From positions 9,211 through 73,210 of the forward strand of contig JACNJE010000101.1 in assembly GCA_014382705.1 (NCBI GenBank): a DNA stretch of 64,000 bases. The letters are read 5' to 3'. Shown in pieces: positions 16,169 through 24,731 of this stretch. A program made the position numbers and the translations under genes. The notes under the pieces are model-generated. The model had not been told where the DNA came from, ran no database searches, and was given only the letters and a program-made list of their open reading frames with translations. Source of the DNA: Verrucomicrobiota bacterium. Lineage in GTDB: Bacteria > Verrucomicrobiota > Verrucomicrobiia > Limisphaerales > UBA1096. The number at the start of each line of letters is the position of its first letter. The first letter of the stretch is position 1.

Positions 16169-18199
16169 TTGCTCCGCCCGCGCGGTTTGGGGCACGGTTT
16201 TGTGCATCCAGTGAAAGGGAGCGACGAACCATCCCCCCAATCGCCCGCTGGCGACGCCACGGCGGCGGACGCCTTGGCCAAGGTTCGCGAGCAGGGCGGT
16301 AGCCTGGCCGGGCTGCGGACGGTTTGGGAAAAGCGGCGGCGCAACGCCTGGGCGGGGGACGTCGCGGTGTACCGCCAGGCGGTCGGCGCGGCGCTGAAGC
16401 TGGGCGAGGCGTTCCTGGCCTACGACATCGCCCGCGAGGGGTTGCAGATCTTTGCCGGGGATGTCCGGCTGCTGCAGTTGCAGGCGCTGGCGCTGGCCCG
16501 CACCGGGGCGACGCAGCGTGCCAGCGCGATTCTCGTCGGGTTGCGCGAACAGGGACAGGACGACGAGGAGACGTTCGGCATCCTCGCGCGCACGCACAAG
16601 GATTTGTGGATGATCGCCGGGACGGAGGAGGAGCGCGAACATCACCTCCGCCGCAGCCTGGACGATTACCTCAAGGGCTACGAATGCTCGGGCGGCTATT
16701 ACACCGGCATCAACGCCGCCTCGATGGCACTCGTCGCCGGGGAGACGGAGACCGCCCGGCGCATCGCCGGTGAGGTCCGCCGCCTCTGCGAGGAGGGAAT
16801 GGCCAAGGGCGGGCCGGAGTCGCCGGAGTCGTACTGGCTGCTGGCCACCGCCGCCGAGGCGGCGCTCGTCTCGCGCGACCTGGAATCGGCCCGGGTCAAT
16901 TACACCCGCGCCACGACCGAGAGCAACCCGGGCGCCGCCGAGGTGAGCCGCACGCGGGGCCAGGCGCGGTTTTTGCTCAAGTCGCTGGGCGAGGAGGAGC
17001 GATTGCTGGACGACTGCTTTGTGCTGCCGCGGATCGGCCTGTTCACCGGGCACATGCTCGACCGGCCCGACCGGCCGTCCGCCCGGTTCCCCGCCGCGCT
17101 GGAGGAGACGGTTCGCGCCGAGATCGAGGCGTGCGTGGAACGGCGGGACGTGCGGATCGGTTATTGCTCGCTCGCCTGCGGCGGGGACATGCTGTTTGCG
17201 GAATCGATCCTCAAGCGCGGCGGCGAGGTGCACATCTTTTTGCCGTTCAACATCGAGGAATTCATCAAATCCAGCGTGCGGTTCATCCCGCGGGACGACC
17301 TGGTGGAGCGGTTTCACCGCGTGCTCGACAACGCCGCAAGTGTGCGGATTCTCAACGAGCATGGCGACCCCGACGATGGTGCCGCCTACGATTTCTGCAA
17401 CCGCGTCCTCGCCGGGTCGGCCATCCTCAAGAGCCAGTTTCTCGGCATGGACATCGCCCCCATCCTGCTGTGGGACGGCAATCGCGGCGACGGCGGCGGC
17501 GGCACCGAGTCGGTCCGCAACTACTGGCGAGACGCCATCCATCATGAGGCCGAGATCGTGCCGATGGACCGGATTCTCGCCGATGCCGTGGCCGGCGGAC
17601 TGGCCGCGACCGAGCCGGATCCCCGGCCGCCCAGCCCGGCCACCGGATCGGACGACCGAACCCCACAGGAAATCCGCGCGATGCTCTTTGCCGATGTTGT
17701 CGGGTTTTCCAAATGGCCGGAGCAGTGCGTCCCGCTGTTCATCCGCGAGGTCCTCGGCCGCGTGGCGGCGATCCAGGAGCGGGACGATGCCCGGCCGCTT
17801 TACGTCAACACCTGGGGCGACGCCATTTGCGCCGTGTTCGAAGACGTCGAGACGGCGGGACACTTCGCGCTGGCGCTGCAAAACACCCTCCGCGAGACCG
17901 ACTGGGAAACCACTGACCTGCATCGGGACGTCCGCTTCCGCATCGGCCTGCACGCCGGGCCGGTGTACAAATGCTTCGACCCCCTGCTTGGCCGGGACAC
18001 CTACAACGGGGCGCACGTCAACCGGGCCGCCCGAATCGAGCCGGTCGCCGTGGAGGGGCAAATCTTCGCGAGCGACGCATTCGCCGCGCTGGCCGTCATC
18101 GCGAAGACGGAAGATTTTCTTTGCGACTACGCCGGCACGCGCGAACTCCCCAAGGGCGCCGGGATGCTCGCCACCTTCCTCATCCGCCCAGCCCACTGA
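16169..18199 (+). CDS. TPR-like (DUF4071-type) / SLOG-like / class III adenylate-guanylate cyclase fusion protein
   Basis: N-terminus ILARTHKDLW and GGYYTGINAAS. Middle IGLFTGH..SLACGGDMLFAESILKRGGEVHIFLP..LLWDGNRGDGGGGTES (LOG/SLOG-like). C-terminus FADVVGFS, TWGDAICAVF and GAHVNRAARIE. The start is uncertain (TTG 16169, GTG 16202 or GTG 16211). Confidence 0.85.
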   Translation: MLRPRGLGHGFVHPVKGSDEPSPQSPAGDATAADALAKVREQGGSLAGLRTVWEKRRRNAWAGDVAVYRQAVGAALKLGEAFLAYDIAREGLQIFAGDVRLLQLQALALARTGATQRASAILVGLREQGQDDEETFGILARTHKDLWMIAGTEEEREHHLRRSLDDYLKGYECSGGYYTGINAASMALVAGETETARRIAGEVRRLCEEGMAKGGPESPESYWLLATAAEAALVSRDLESARVNYTRATTESNPGAAEVSRTRGQARFLLKSLGEEERLLDDCFVLPRIGLFTGHMLDRPDRPSARFPAALEETVRAEIEACVERRDVRIGYCSLACGGDMLFAESILKRGGEVHIFLPFNIEEFIKSSVRFIPRDDLVERFHRVLDNAASVRILNEHGDPDDGAAYDFCNRVLAGSAILKSQFLGMDIAPILLWDGNRGDGGGGTESVRNYWRDAIHHEAEIVPMDRILADAVAGGLAATEPDPRPPSPATGSDDRTPQEIRAMLFADVVGFSKWPEQCVPLFIREVLGRVAAIQERDDARPLYVNTWGDAICAVFEDVETAGHFALALQNTLRETDWETTDLHRDVRFRIGLHAGPVYKCFDPLLGRDTYNGAHVNRAARIEPVAVEGQIFASDAFAALAVIAKTEDFLCDYAGTRELPKGAGMLATFLIRPAH

Positions 18200-18217
18200 C
18201 CCGCTTGGCCAAGCGGG
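18200..18217. repeat. 18-bp perfect palindrome CCCGCTTGGCCAAGCGGG
   Basis: Begins on the base after the cyclase stop codon (TGA 18197..18199). This is the longest version of the iterated palindrome I found in the window. Confidence 0.95.
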
Positions 18218-18291
18218 CACGGGGAACAGACGCGGGCCGCGTTTGTTCTTCCGGCGGGCCGACGGGATGCGGCTTGGCCAGCCGGTCAACG

Positions 18292-20937
18292 TCAGTCCAG
18301 AATGCGGACTCGGTAGAATTGTGCCGCGCCCAAGTCGCCGCGCGGGTCGGCCCAGTCGACACGCCCCGCGTCGTTGGTCACCTCGTCCACGCCGATCCAG
18401 CCGGCCAGGTCGCTCGACGACTCGATGAGATAAATCTCGCCCGGCCAGCCGAGGATCGACAGGCCCGGCCCTTCCGCGCCGAGCGTCAGCGTCAGGACCA
18501 CGCCGTTGCCGGCCATGCCATCCAGTTCGTCGTCGAGGATCAACGGCTGCGGTTCGGCGTTGCCGCCATCGCCGTCCGGCTTGGCCAGTTCGCTGCCGAG
18601 CTTGCCGCCGCGTTGGCGCAGCAGTTCGCCGGTCTCGGTGCGGCGGTAGCGCAGCGCGATGTCGAGCGCCGTGCGGCCGGCCTTGTCGAGTGCGTTGACG
18701 TCCGCCCCCTTGTCGAGCAGCAGCAGCGCGATCTCCTTGCGGCCTTTTTGGGCGGCGTAATGCAGCACGGTCTTTTTCCGCTTGTTCGCCGAGGCGTTGA
18801 TGTCGGCCTTGTTCTCGACGAGCACGCGTACCACCTCGATGTAGCCGTTGTAGGCCGCATATTGCAGGGCTGTGTAGCCGCCCCGGTTGCCGGCGTTCAC
18901 GTCGCCGCCGTTCTCGATGAAGCGCCGGACCGCATCGGCGTAGCCGTGGGCCGCTGCGTAGTGAATGTCGGTCTCGGCGCGAAGCTCCTTGCCGGTGCGC
19001 GCGCCCTTGGCCAAGAGCAGCTCCACCAGCGCGTCGTTCTTGCGTGATACCGCATCGTCGAGCGGCGTCTTCCTTCGCTTGTCCAGCACGTTGACCGCCG
19101 CCCCCGCGTCGAGCAGCCGCTTGGCCAAGTCGAGGTTGCCGTTGTGATAGGCGACGTAATGCAGCGCCGTCTTGCCGCTCTTGCCGGCCAAGGCAACATC
19201 GGCCTTGGCCTCGAGCAACACTTTGGCCACCTCGACATGCCCCTTCTTCGCGGCCAGGTGCAACGCCGTGTAGCCGGACTTGTTCCTGCCGTTCACGTCG
19301 ACCCCGGCAGCCAGATGCGTCTTCACCGCATCAACGAGCCCAAGCTGGGCCGCGGAAAAAATCGAGCCGGCGGCCTTGAGTTCCTTGCCGGTTTTGCCGC
19401 CCTTCTCGCGCAGCAACGTGGCGATCTCCTTTTTCTTCCCGGCGAAATCGAGCGCCGTCTTGCCCTTGCGCTGCGCGTTCACGTTGGCGCCCTTTTCGAT
19501 CAGCAATGCCGCCGCCTCCTTTTGCCCGCGCCGTACCGCGAGGTGCAACGCCGTGTAACCCTGCTTGTTGGCGGCATTCACGTCCGCGCCGCCCTCGAGG
19601 TGCTTCTTGATCGCCTCGAGATCGCCCACCCCGGCGGCAGCGAAAATATTTTCCGCAGCGGCCAATTCCCTGCCCGTCTTGCCGCCTTTGCTCCGGAGCA
19701 GTTCCGCCAACTCGGTGCGTTTCCTCGACACCGCGTAGTCGAGCGGCGTCTTATTTTTGCCGTCCTTGGCGTTGACCGGTGCTCCCGCGTCGAGCAGCCG
19801 CTTGGCCAAGTCGAGGTTGCCGTTGTAATAGGCGACGTAATGCAGCGCCGTCTTGCCGCTTTTGCTCGCGGCGGCGATGTCGGCCTTGGCCTCGAGCAAC
19901 GCCGCAGCGGCAGCCGCTTGGCCGCGCTTGGCTGCGAGATGCAGTGCCGTGTAGCCGCCCTTGTTTTTGGCGTTCACGTCCGCGCCGCCCTCAAGGTGTT
20001 TCTTGATGGCGTCGAGATCGCCCACCTCGGCGGCGGCGAAAATATTCTCGGCGGCGGCCAGTTCCTTCGCCGTCTTGCCGCCCTTGGCACGGAGCAACTC
20101 AACAACTTCGGTGCGCTTCTTCGCGATGGCGTAGTCGAGCGGCGTCTTGTTTTTCTTGTCCTTGGCATTGACTGCCGCGCCCTTCTCCAGCAGCAGCGCA
20201 GCGGTGGCTTTGCGGCCATTCTGCGCGGAGTAGTGCAGCGCCGTTTTCTGGTACTTGTCGGCGAGGGTGACGTCGGCCTTGGCCTCAAGCAGCAATGCCG
20301 CCGCGTCCAGTTGCCCGGCGCTCGCCGCGAAGTGCAACGCCGTTTGCCTGTGTTTGTTCAGGGCATTCACGTCGACACCGGCCTCGAGGTGTTTCTTGAG
20401 GGCCGCGATCGAGCCGATCTTTGCGGCAACGTAAATCGACTTCGCCGCCGCGGCGTCGCTCTTGCTCGTCACGCCGACGCTGCGGAGGTAGGCGGCCAGT
20501 TCCCGCTTGGCCTCGCCCCCGGCGAGGTCGAGTGCGGTGCGCCCCTTTTTGTCCTTGGCCGCGAGGTCGGCCTTGGCCTCGACCAGGAGCTTGGCCAAGG
20601 CGAGTTGATTGTACTGCGCGCAGTAGTGCAGCGGCGCCTTTTTGCTTTTGCTCCGCAGGTTGATGTCCGCGCCGTTGGCCAAGGCGAACTCTGCCACAGC
20701 CACCTGGCCGCTCCGGATTGCGACATGCAAAATCGAGTAGCCGTCCTTGTTTTGGTCGTCGATCTTGTTTTCCTTGGCGAGGAAGCCGTTGATCGCCTCG
20801 ACATCCCCCTCGGCAGCGGCCTGCCAAATGTTGGCGGGAGGGTTCTTCTCCGGGTTTTCCTGGGCCTGTGCGGTGGCTGTGCATCCCGCAGCAGCAATCA
20901 CTGCGGCGGCCAAGATGTTGTGAAACGTCCTCATCAT
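18292..20937 (-). CDS. Secreted ankyrin-repeat protein (881 aa) with C-terminal beta-sandwich-like module
   Basis: Signal peptide MMRTFHNILAAAVIAAAGCTATAQA. More than 20 ankyrin repeats are organised in about 95-131-aa super-repeats, each ending KGGKTGKEL. The C-terminus ends AAQFYRVRILD. ATG at 20937. Confidence 0.9.
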   Translation of the reverse strand: MMRTFHNILAAAVIAAAGCTATAQAQENPEKNPPANIWQAAAEGDVEAINGFLAKENKIDDQNKDGYSILHVAIRSGQVAVAEFALANGADINLRSKSKKAPLHYCAQYNQLALAKLLVEAKADLAAKDKKGRTALDLAGGEAKRELAAYLRSVGVTSKSDAAAAKSIYVAAKIGSIAALKKHLEAGVDVNALNKHRQTALHFAASAGQLDAAALLLEAKADVTLADKYQKTALHYSAQNGRKATAALLLEKGAAVNAKDKKNKTPLDYAIAKKRTEVVELLRAKGGKTAKELAAAENIFAAAEVGDLDAIKKHLEGGADVNAKNKGGYTALHLAAKRGQAAAAAALLEAKADIAAASKSGKTALHYVAYYNGNLDLAKRLLDAGAPVNAKDGKNKTPLDYAVSRKRTELAELLRSKGGKTGRELAAAENIFAAAGVGDLEAIKKHLEGGADVNAANKQGYTALHLAVRRGQKEAAALLIEKGANVNAQRKGKTALDFAGKKKEIATLLREKGGKTGKELKAAGSIFSAAQLGLVDAVKTHLAAGVDVNGRNKSGYTALHLAAKKGHVEVAKVLLEAKADVALAGKSGKTALHYVAYHNGNLDLAKRLLDAGAAVNVLDKRRKTPLDDAVSRKNDALVELLLAKGARTGKELRAETDIHYAAAHGYADAVRRFIENGGDVNAGNRGGYTALQYAAYNGYIEVVRVLVENKADINASANKRKKTVLHYAAQKGRKEIALLLLDKGADVNALDKAGRTALDIALRYRRTETGELLRQRGGKLGSELAKPDGDGGNAEPQPLILDDELDGMAGNGVVLTLTLGAEGPGLSILGWPGEIYLIESSSDLAGWIGVDEVTNDAGRVDWADPRGDLGAAQFYRVRILD
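19103..19219. repeat. Near-identical intragenic DNA repeat (partner at 19784..19900, offset 681 bp)
   Basis: CCCGCGTCGAGCAGCCGCTTGGCCAAGTCGAGGTTGCCGTTGT.ATAGGCGACGTAATGCAGCGCCGTCTTGCCGCT is shared with 2 mismatches over about 75 bp. It encodes SGKTALHYVAY.NGNLDLAKRLLDAGA in both copies. Confidence 0.85.
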
Positions 20938-21102
20938 TTGCGGGCAACGTAGGTGAGCGGGGCGGGTTGTAACAGGGAAAAACGGACTCATGCCACGGTC
21001 CTTAGCACACAGAGTACCATCGGGAAAAACGGCTGGTTTTGGCCATATTGGAGGCAAAAAAACAGGGTCAAGCGCGTGATCCGGGCGCAGTGGATGTGCC
21101 GC

Positions 21103-22638
21103 TCACTCCGCCGCGCTTGGCCAAGGCCAGTCGCCGTCCTCCCACTCGATCGGTTTGCGCTTGCTCTCCCCGTACACGAACCGGCCGCCATCGTCAGTTT
21201 CGTTGTAACCAATGGAGTACAGCGTGAACGTCCCGTCAGCATCCCGCCGGTACACCAATCCGGCGTCGCTGAACCAGTCGCCCGGCACGGTGGCCAGCCA
21301 CTCCGGCGACAGGGCGGTGAGGCTCGCCGGGTAACTGCCGTTGGCCAAGCGATGACTCTCCAGCGCCGTGACGATGAGCGCCTGGTCGATTGTTGCCTGG
21401 CTGGCCGACATTCTGATCCCCATCTTGTCATACGCAGGCAGCAGCATCATCGCGAAGACGTGGTACGGGGTGAAGCCTTCTCGCAGCGTCCGCACTTCCT
21501 CGTCCAACGATTTGAACCCGTTGGCCGCCAAGCGGCGGTTCTCCAGATCAATTCCCGCCAAGATATTCTCCGTGACGATGCGGTTGATGTGAAACTGATT
21601 TTGATAAAGCCAACCGTCCGGCATGCCAACCCCAACGGGCATCGACCCTCCCGTGACCCTCTCCAACTCTCCCGTCGCATTGCCGCCGCCGCCTCGCATC
21701 CGATCCATCCAATGGTTGATCATGTTTCGCTCGCCGCGAAAACACCGGGCCATCCCCTCCATCAGGTTGATCGGCTGCAACGCCTCGCGCAGCTTGGCCC
21801 ACTGCGCCGCCGACCATTTGTGATCGACCGCTCCCTCCCAATACGGCTGCAGGCCAACCTGAAGGATGGCCACGCGCACCAGTTGCGAAATGAGCAGCGG
21901 CTCATTGGCGAAGCTCTCGGCCAAGCGGATCGATGTCACCGTGTCGTGCAGCGCCCCCTCCGTGTCGCCCTTGGCCAGGCGCGCCGAGGCCCGCAGCGAA
22001 AAGAGCACCGCCGCCTGTTTCGTCACCTGCAGATGCGGGAGGAGCGCGGTGAAGGCGTCCTCGTAACGGATGTCGAACCGGCTGTGCGGCCGGCGCACAT
22101 CGCTGGCCAGCGTGGCCATGTCGGCCGCGTACGGCTCCAACGCGGCCACCACGGTATCCACCGGCGTGGCGCCCTTGGCCGGGGGATTGTCCCTCCCCAG
22201 AAGCGCCTCCTCCCACGACGCAAAATCCCTCCGCTGCCCATGCTGCCAACCGAAGGAGCTTCGCGGCGAGCGTTCCAGTTTAAAACGGTCCTTTGCCACA
22301 TCGAGCGCCGCCGGGTCACGGGGTTTGCCGTCTTCGTCGCGGTCAAACAACGGCTCGAACAACGCCGACTTGGCAAAGTTTTGGTCGTCCGGCACCTCCG
22401 GCGGGACGACGCTCGCGAGATCAAACGTCTCGCCCTTGGCCTCCCACTCCGCTTTCCACGTCTCCCACTTCGTGCGACCGCGCCAGTTTTCAACCTGCCA
22501 AGCGGTGGTGATCAGCGCGATGACCGAAACAAACGCGATGAACAGGCGCTTCAAAATCCGCGCACTGAACAGCCACCGGAAGAATCGTGCAAATGTCGGC
22601 ACGCCGGAAACGTAACCGCGTTTTGGCAAAAACGACAT
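21103..22638 (-). CDS. Hypothetical membrane-anchored protein
   Basis: 511-aa ORF with an ATG start and one N-terminal TM helix (LFIAFVSVIALITTAWQV). I recognise no domain. It is on the same strand as the ankyrin gene, 165 bp upstream. Confidence 0.65.
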   Translation of the reverse strand: MSFLPKRGYVSGVPTFARFFRWLFSARILKRLFIAFVSVIALITTAWQVENWRGRTKWETWKAEWEAKGETFDLASVVPPEVPDDQNFAKSALFEPLFDRDEDGKPRDPAALDVAKDRFKLERSPRSSFGWQHGQRRDFASWEEALLGRDNPPAKGATPVDTVVAALEPYAADMATLASDVRRPHSRFDIRYEDAFTALLPHLQVTKQAAVLFSLRASARLAKGDTEGALHDTVTSIRLAESFANEPLLISQLVRVAILQVGLQPYWEGAVDHKWSAAQWAKLREALQPINLMEGMARCFRGERNMINHWMDRMRGGGGNATGELERVTGGSMPVGVGMPDGWLYQNQFHINRIVTENILAGIDLENRRLAANGFKSLDEEVRTLREGFTPYHVFAMMLLPAYDKMGIRMSASQATIDQALIVTALESHRLANGSYPASLTALSPEWLATVPGDWFSDAGLVYRRDADGTFTLYSIGYNETDDGGRFVYGESKRKPIEWEDGDWPWPSAAE

Positions 22639-22709
22639 GACAAAAAACTCACGCGAAGCCGCGCTTGGCCAAGCGGGTTGGCTCGGGCATGATTCGGGCA
22701 GATCGCGCC

Positions 22710-24731
22710 ATGCATGAGGTGAGTTTTTTGCAGGATCTGGCCGTGGTCATGATCGCCGCCGGCATTGTGACCGTGCTGTTTCAGCGCCTCAAGCAACCGG
22801 TGGTGCTGGGCTACATCGTCGCCGGCGTCCTCATCGGCCCGCACTGGCTCGAGCTTATCAAGGGGCAGGATGCCATCAAGTCGCTCGCCGAGCTGGGCAT
22901 GGTGTTCCTGATGTTCTCACTCGGCCTCGAGTTCAACCTGCGCAAGCTCCGACGCGTGGCTGCCACCGCGCTGGTCGCCGCGCCGCTGGCGATTTTGCTG
23001 ATGGTGTTCGCCGGCTATCAGGTCGGCCAACTGATGGGCTGGACGCCGGTGAGCAGCCTGTTTCTCGGCGCGATTATTTCGATCGCCTCGACGTCGGTGA
23101 TCGTGAAGGTGCTGCAGGAGATGAAGCGCGACCGCGAACCGTTCGCCGGGTTGATCTACGGCATCCTGATCGTGGAGGATCTGCTCGGCGTGGTGATGAT
23201 CGTGCTGCTCACCGGCATCGCGTCCACTGGCGACCTTGGCCTGCAATCGATGGCCGCCTCCACCGGAAAGCTGCTGGTGTTCCTTGTGACCGTGCTGGTG
23301 GTCGGGCTGCTGCTCGTGCCGCGACTGCTCAATTTTGTCGCCCGGTTCGAGAGCAATGAGCGGCTGTTGGTCGCCGTGCTGGGGCTGTGTTTCGGCACGG
23401 CGCTCGTCGCAGCCAAGCTGGGATTCAGCGTGGCGCTGGGGGCGTTCCTCGTCGGCGCGGTGATGGCCGAGTCGGCGCAGAGCCGGCGGATCGAGTCGCT
23501 GGTGGAGCCGGTGCGCGACCTGTTCACGGCGGTGTTTTTCGTGGCGATCGGCCTGTTGGTGAACCCGGTGCTGCTGTGGCAGCACATCGTGCCCATCATC
23601 GGAATCTCGCTGGTGGTGATGGTTGGGCAGATCGCCGGCAACACGTTTGGCACCGTGGTGGCCGGGCACGATTTCCGCACCGCCGTGCGGGTCGGCACCG
23701 GCCTGTCGCAGATCGGGGAGTTCTCGTTTGTCATCGCCACGCTGGGCCTGACGATGGGTGTCACCGACCCGAGCCTGTACCCGATCGTTGTCGGCGTGGC
23801 GCTGGTCACAACGCTGTTCACGCCGCTCTGGATTCGCAACGCCGACGGGCTGGCCGACGGGCTGCTGCGGGCCTCGCCCAAGCCGCTGGCCGGCTACCTC
23901 GCGCTTTACAAGGATTGGGTCGAGCGTTTCAAGGGGGGCCAATGGAACAGCCTCGCGTGGAAGCTCTCTCGCAAGTGGCTGCTGCAAATGGCGGTCAACA
24001 TGGCGCTGGTGGCGGGGCTGCTGATCGGCGCCGCGACCCTCTACCGGCTCAAGCCGGCCTGGCTGGTGGAGTGGAAACTGGAACCGGACACGCTGCGCGC
24101 GGCGCTGTGGGTGGCGGCGCTGGTGTTGTCGCTGCCGATGCTCATTGCCAATCTGCGCAAGCTGCAGGCGCTCGGCATGCTGATCTCGGAGGCGACCGTC
24201 CGGCGCGAGTCGGCCGGCCAGCGCACGCAGTCACTCCGCGCGGTGGTGGCCAATGTCTGCCTCGTCGCCGGCACGGCCGGGATGGTTCTCTGCGTGTTGC
24301 TGCTCAGCTCCGCGCTGTTGCCGCCGCTCGGCGTGATGCTGGCGTTGGCGGTGGTACTGGTGGTGGTGGCCTGGCTGCAATGGCGCTTTCTCGTGCGTGT
24401 CTACGCCCGGGCGCAAATCGCGCTCAAGGAAACGTTTGAGGCCAACGAGCTTGGCCAAGCGGAGGCCGAGGCCGCCGACCTGCCCGCCGGTCTGCTGGAG
24501 GCCGCGCACTTGGACAGCGTGCGCTTGGCCAACGGCAGCCCGGTGATCAATCAGCGAATCGGCGAACTGGATTTGCGCACAAACACCGGCGTGAGCATTG
24601 TGGGCATCGAGCGTGACGGCGAGCGCATCGTCAACCCCGGCCCGGAGGAGACGCTGATCGAGGGCGACCGGTTGCTGCTGCTCGGCGAGGGCACCCATCT
24701 CCCCAAAGCCAAGGCCGAACTGAGCCCTTAA
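22710..24731 (+). CDS. Cation:proton antiporter (CPA2/Kef-type) with C-terminal RCK_C (TrkA-C) domain
   Basis: FLQDLAVVMIAAGIVTVLFQRLKQPVVLGYIVAGVLIGPH, multiple TM helices, and a C-terminal LRTNTGVSIVGIERDGERIVNPGPEETLIEGDRLLLLG. ATG 22710. Confidence 0.85.
   Translation: MHEVSFLQDLAVVMIAAGIVTVLFQRLKQPVVLGYIVAGVLIGPHWLELIKGQDAIKSLAELGMVFLMFSLGLEFNLRKLRRVAATALVAAPLAILLMVFAGYQVGQLMGWTPVSSLFLGAIISIASTSVIVKVLQEMKRDREPFAGLIYGILIVEDLLGVVMIVLLTGIASTGDLGLQSMAASTGKLLVFLVTVLVVGLLLVPRLLNFVARFESNERLLVAVLGLCFGTALVAAKLGFSVALGAFLVGAVMAESAQSRRIESLVEPVRDLFTAVFFVAIGLLVNPVLLWQHIVPIIGISLVVMVGQIAGNTFGTVVAGHDFRTAVRVGTGLSQIGEFSFVIATLGLTMGVTDPSLYPIVVGVALVTTLFTPLWIRNADGLADGLLRASPKPLAGYLALYKDWVERFKGGQWNSLAWKLSRKWLLQMAVNMALVAGLLIGAATLYRLKPAWLVEWKLEPDTLRAALWVAALVLSLPMLIANLRKLQALGMLISEATVRRESAGQRTQSLRAVVANVCLVAGTAGMVLCVLLLSSALLPPLGVMLALAVVLVVVAWLQWRFLVRVYARAQIALKETFEANELGQAEAEAADLPAGLLEAAHLDSVRLANGSPVINQRIGELDLRTNTGVSIVGIERDGERIVNPGPEETLIEGDRLLLLGEGTHLPKAKAELSP

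Noticed and set aside
12021-18199. Assigning the cluster to canonical Thoeris, Pycsar or Avs
   Set aside because: Thoeris needs a ThsA-type SIR2, TM or macro effector, and Pycsar needs a cNMP-binding effector next to the cyclase. Avs proteins carry their own nuclease or protease effector and are soluble. None of these architectures is present, so I report it as unclassified rather than naming it.
16028-18289. 753-aa minus-strand ORF covering the whole cyclase gene
   Set aside because: It is an antisense shadow ORF typical of high-GC DNA. The translation is Arg/Gly/Pro/Ala-rich and low in complexity with no motifs, whereas the plus strand encodes recognisable TPR, SLOG-like and cyclase motifs.
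19144-20952. 602-aa plus-strand ORF opposite the ankyrin gene, plus the many 60-220-aa ORFs in this region
   Set aside because: The minus strand gives textbook ankyrin repeats with a signal peptide. The plus-strand translation is repetitive only because it mirrors those repeats.
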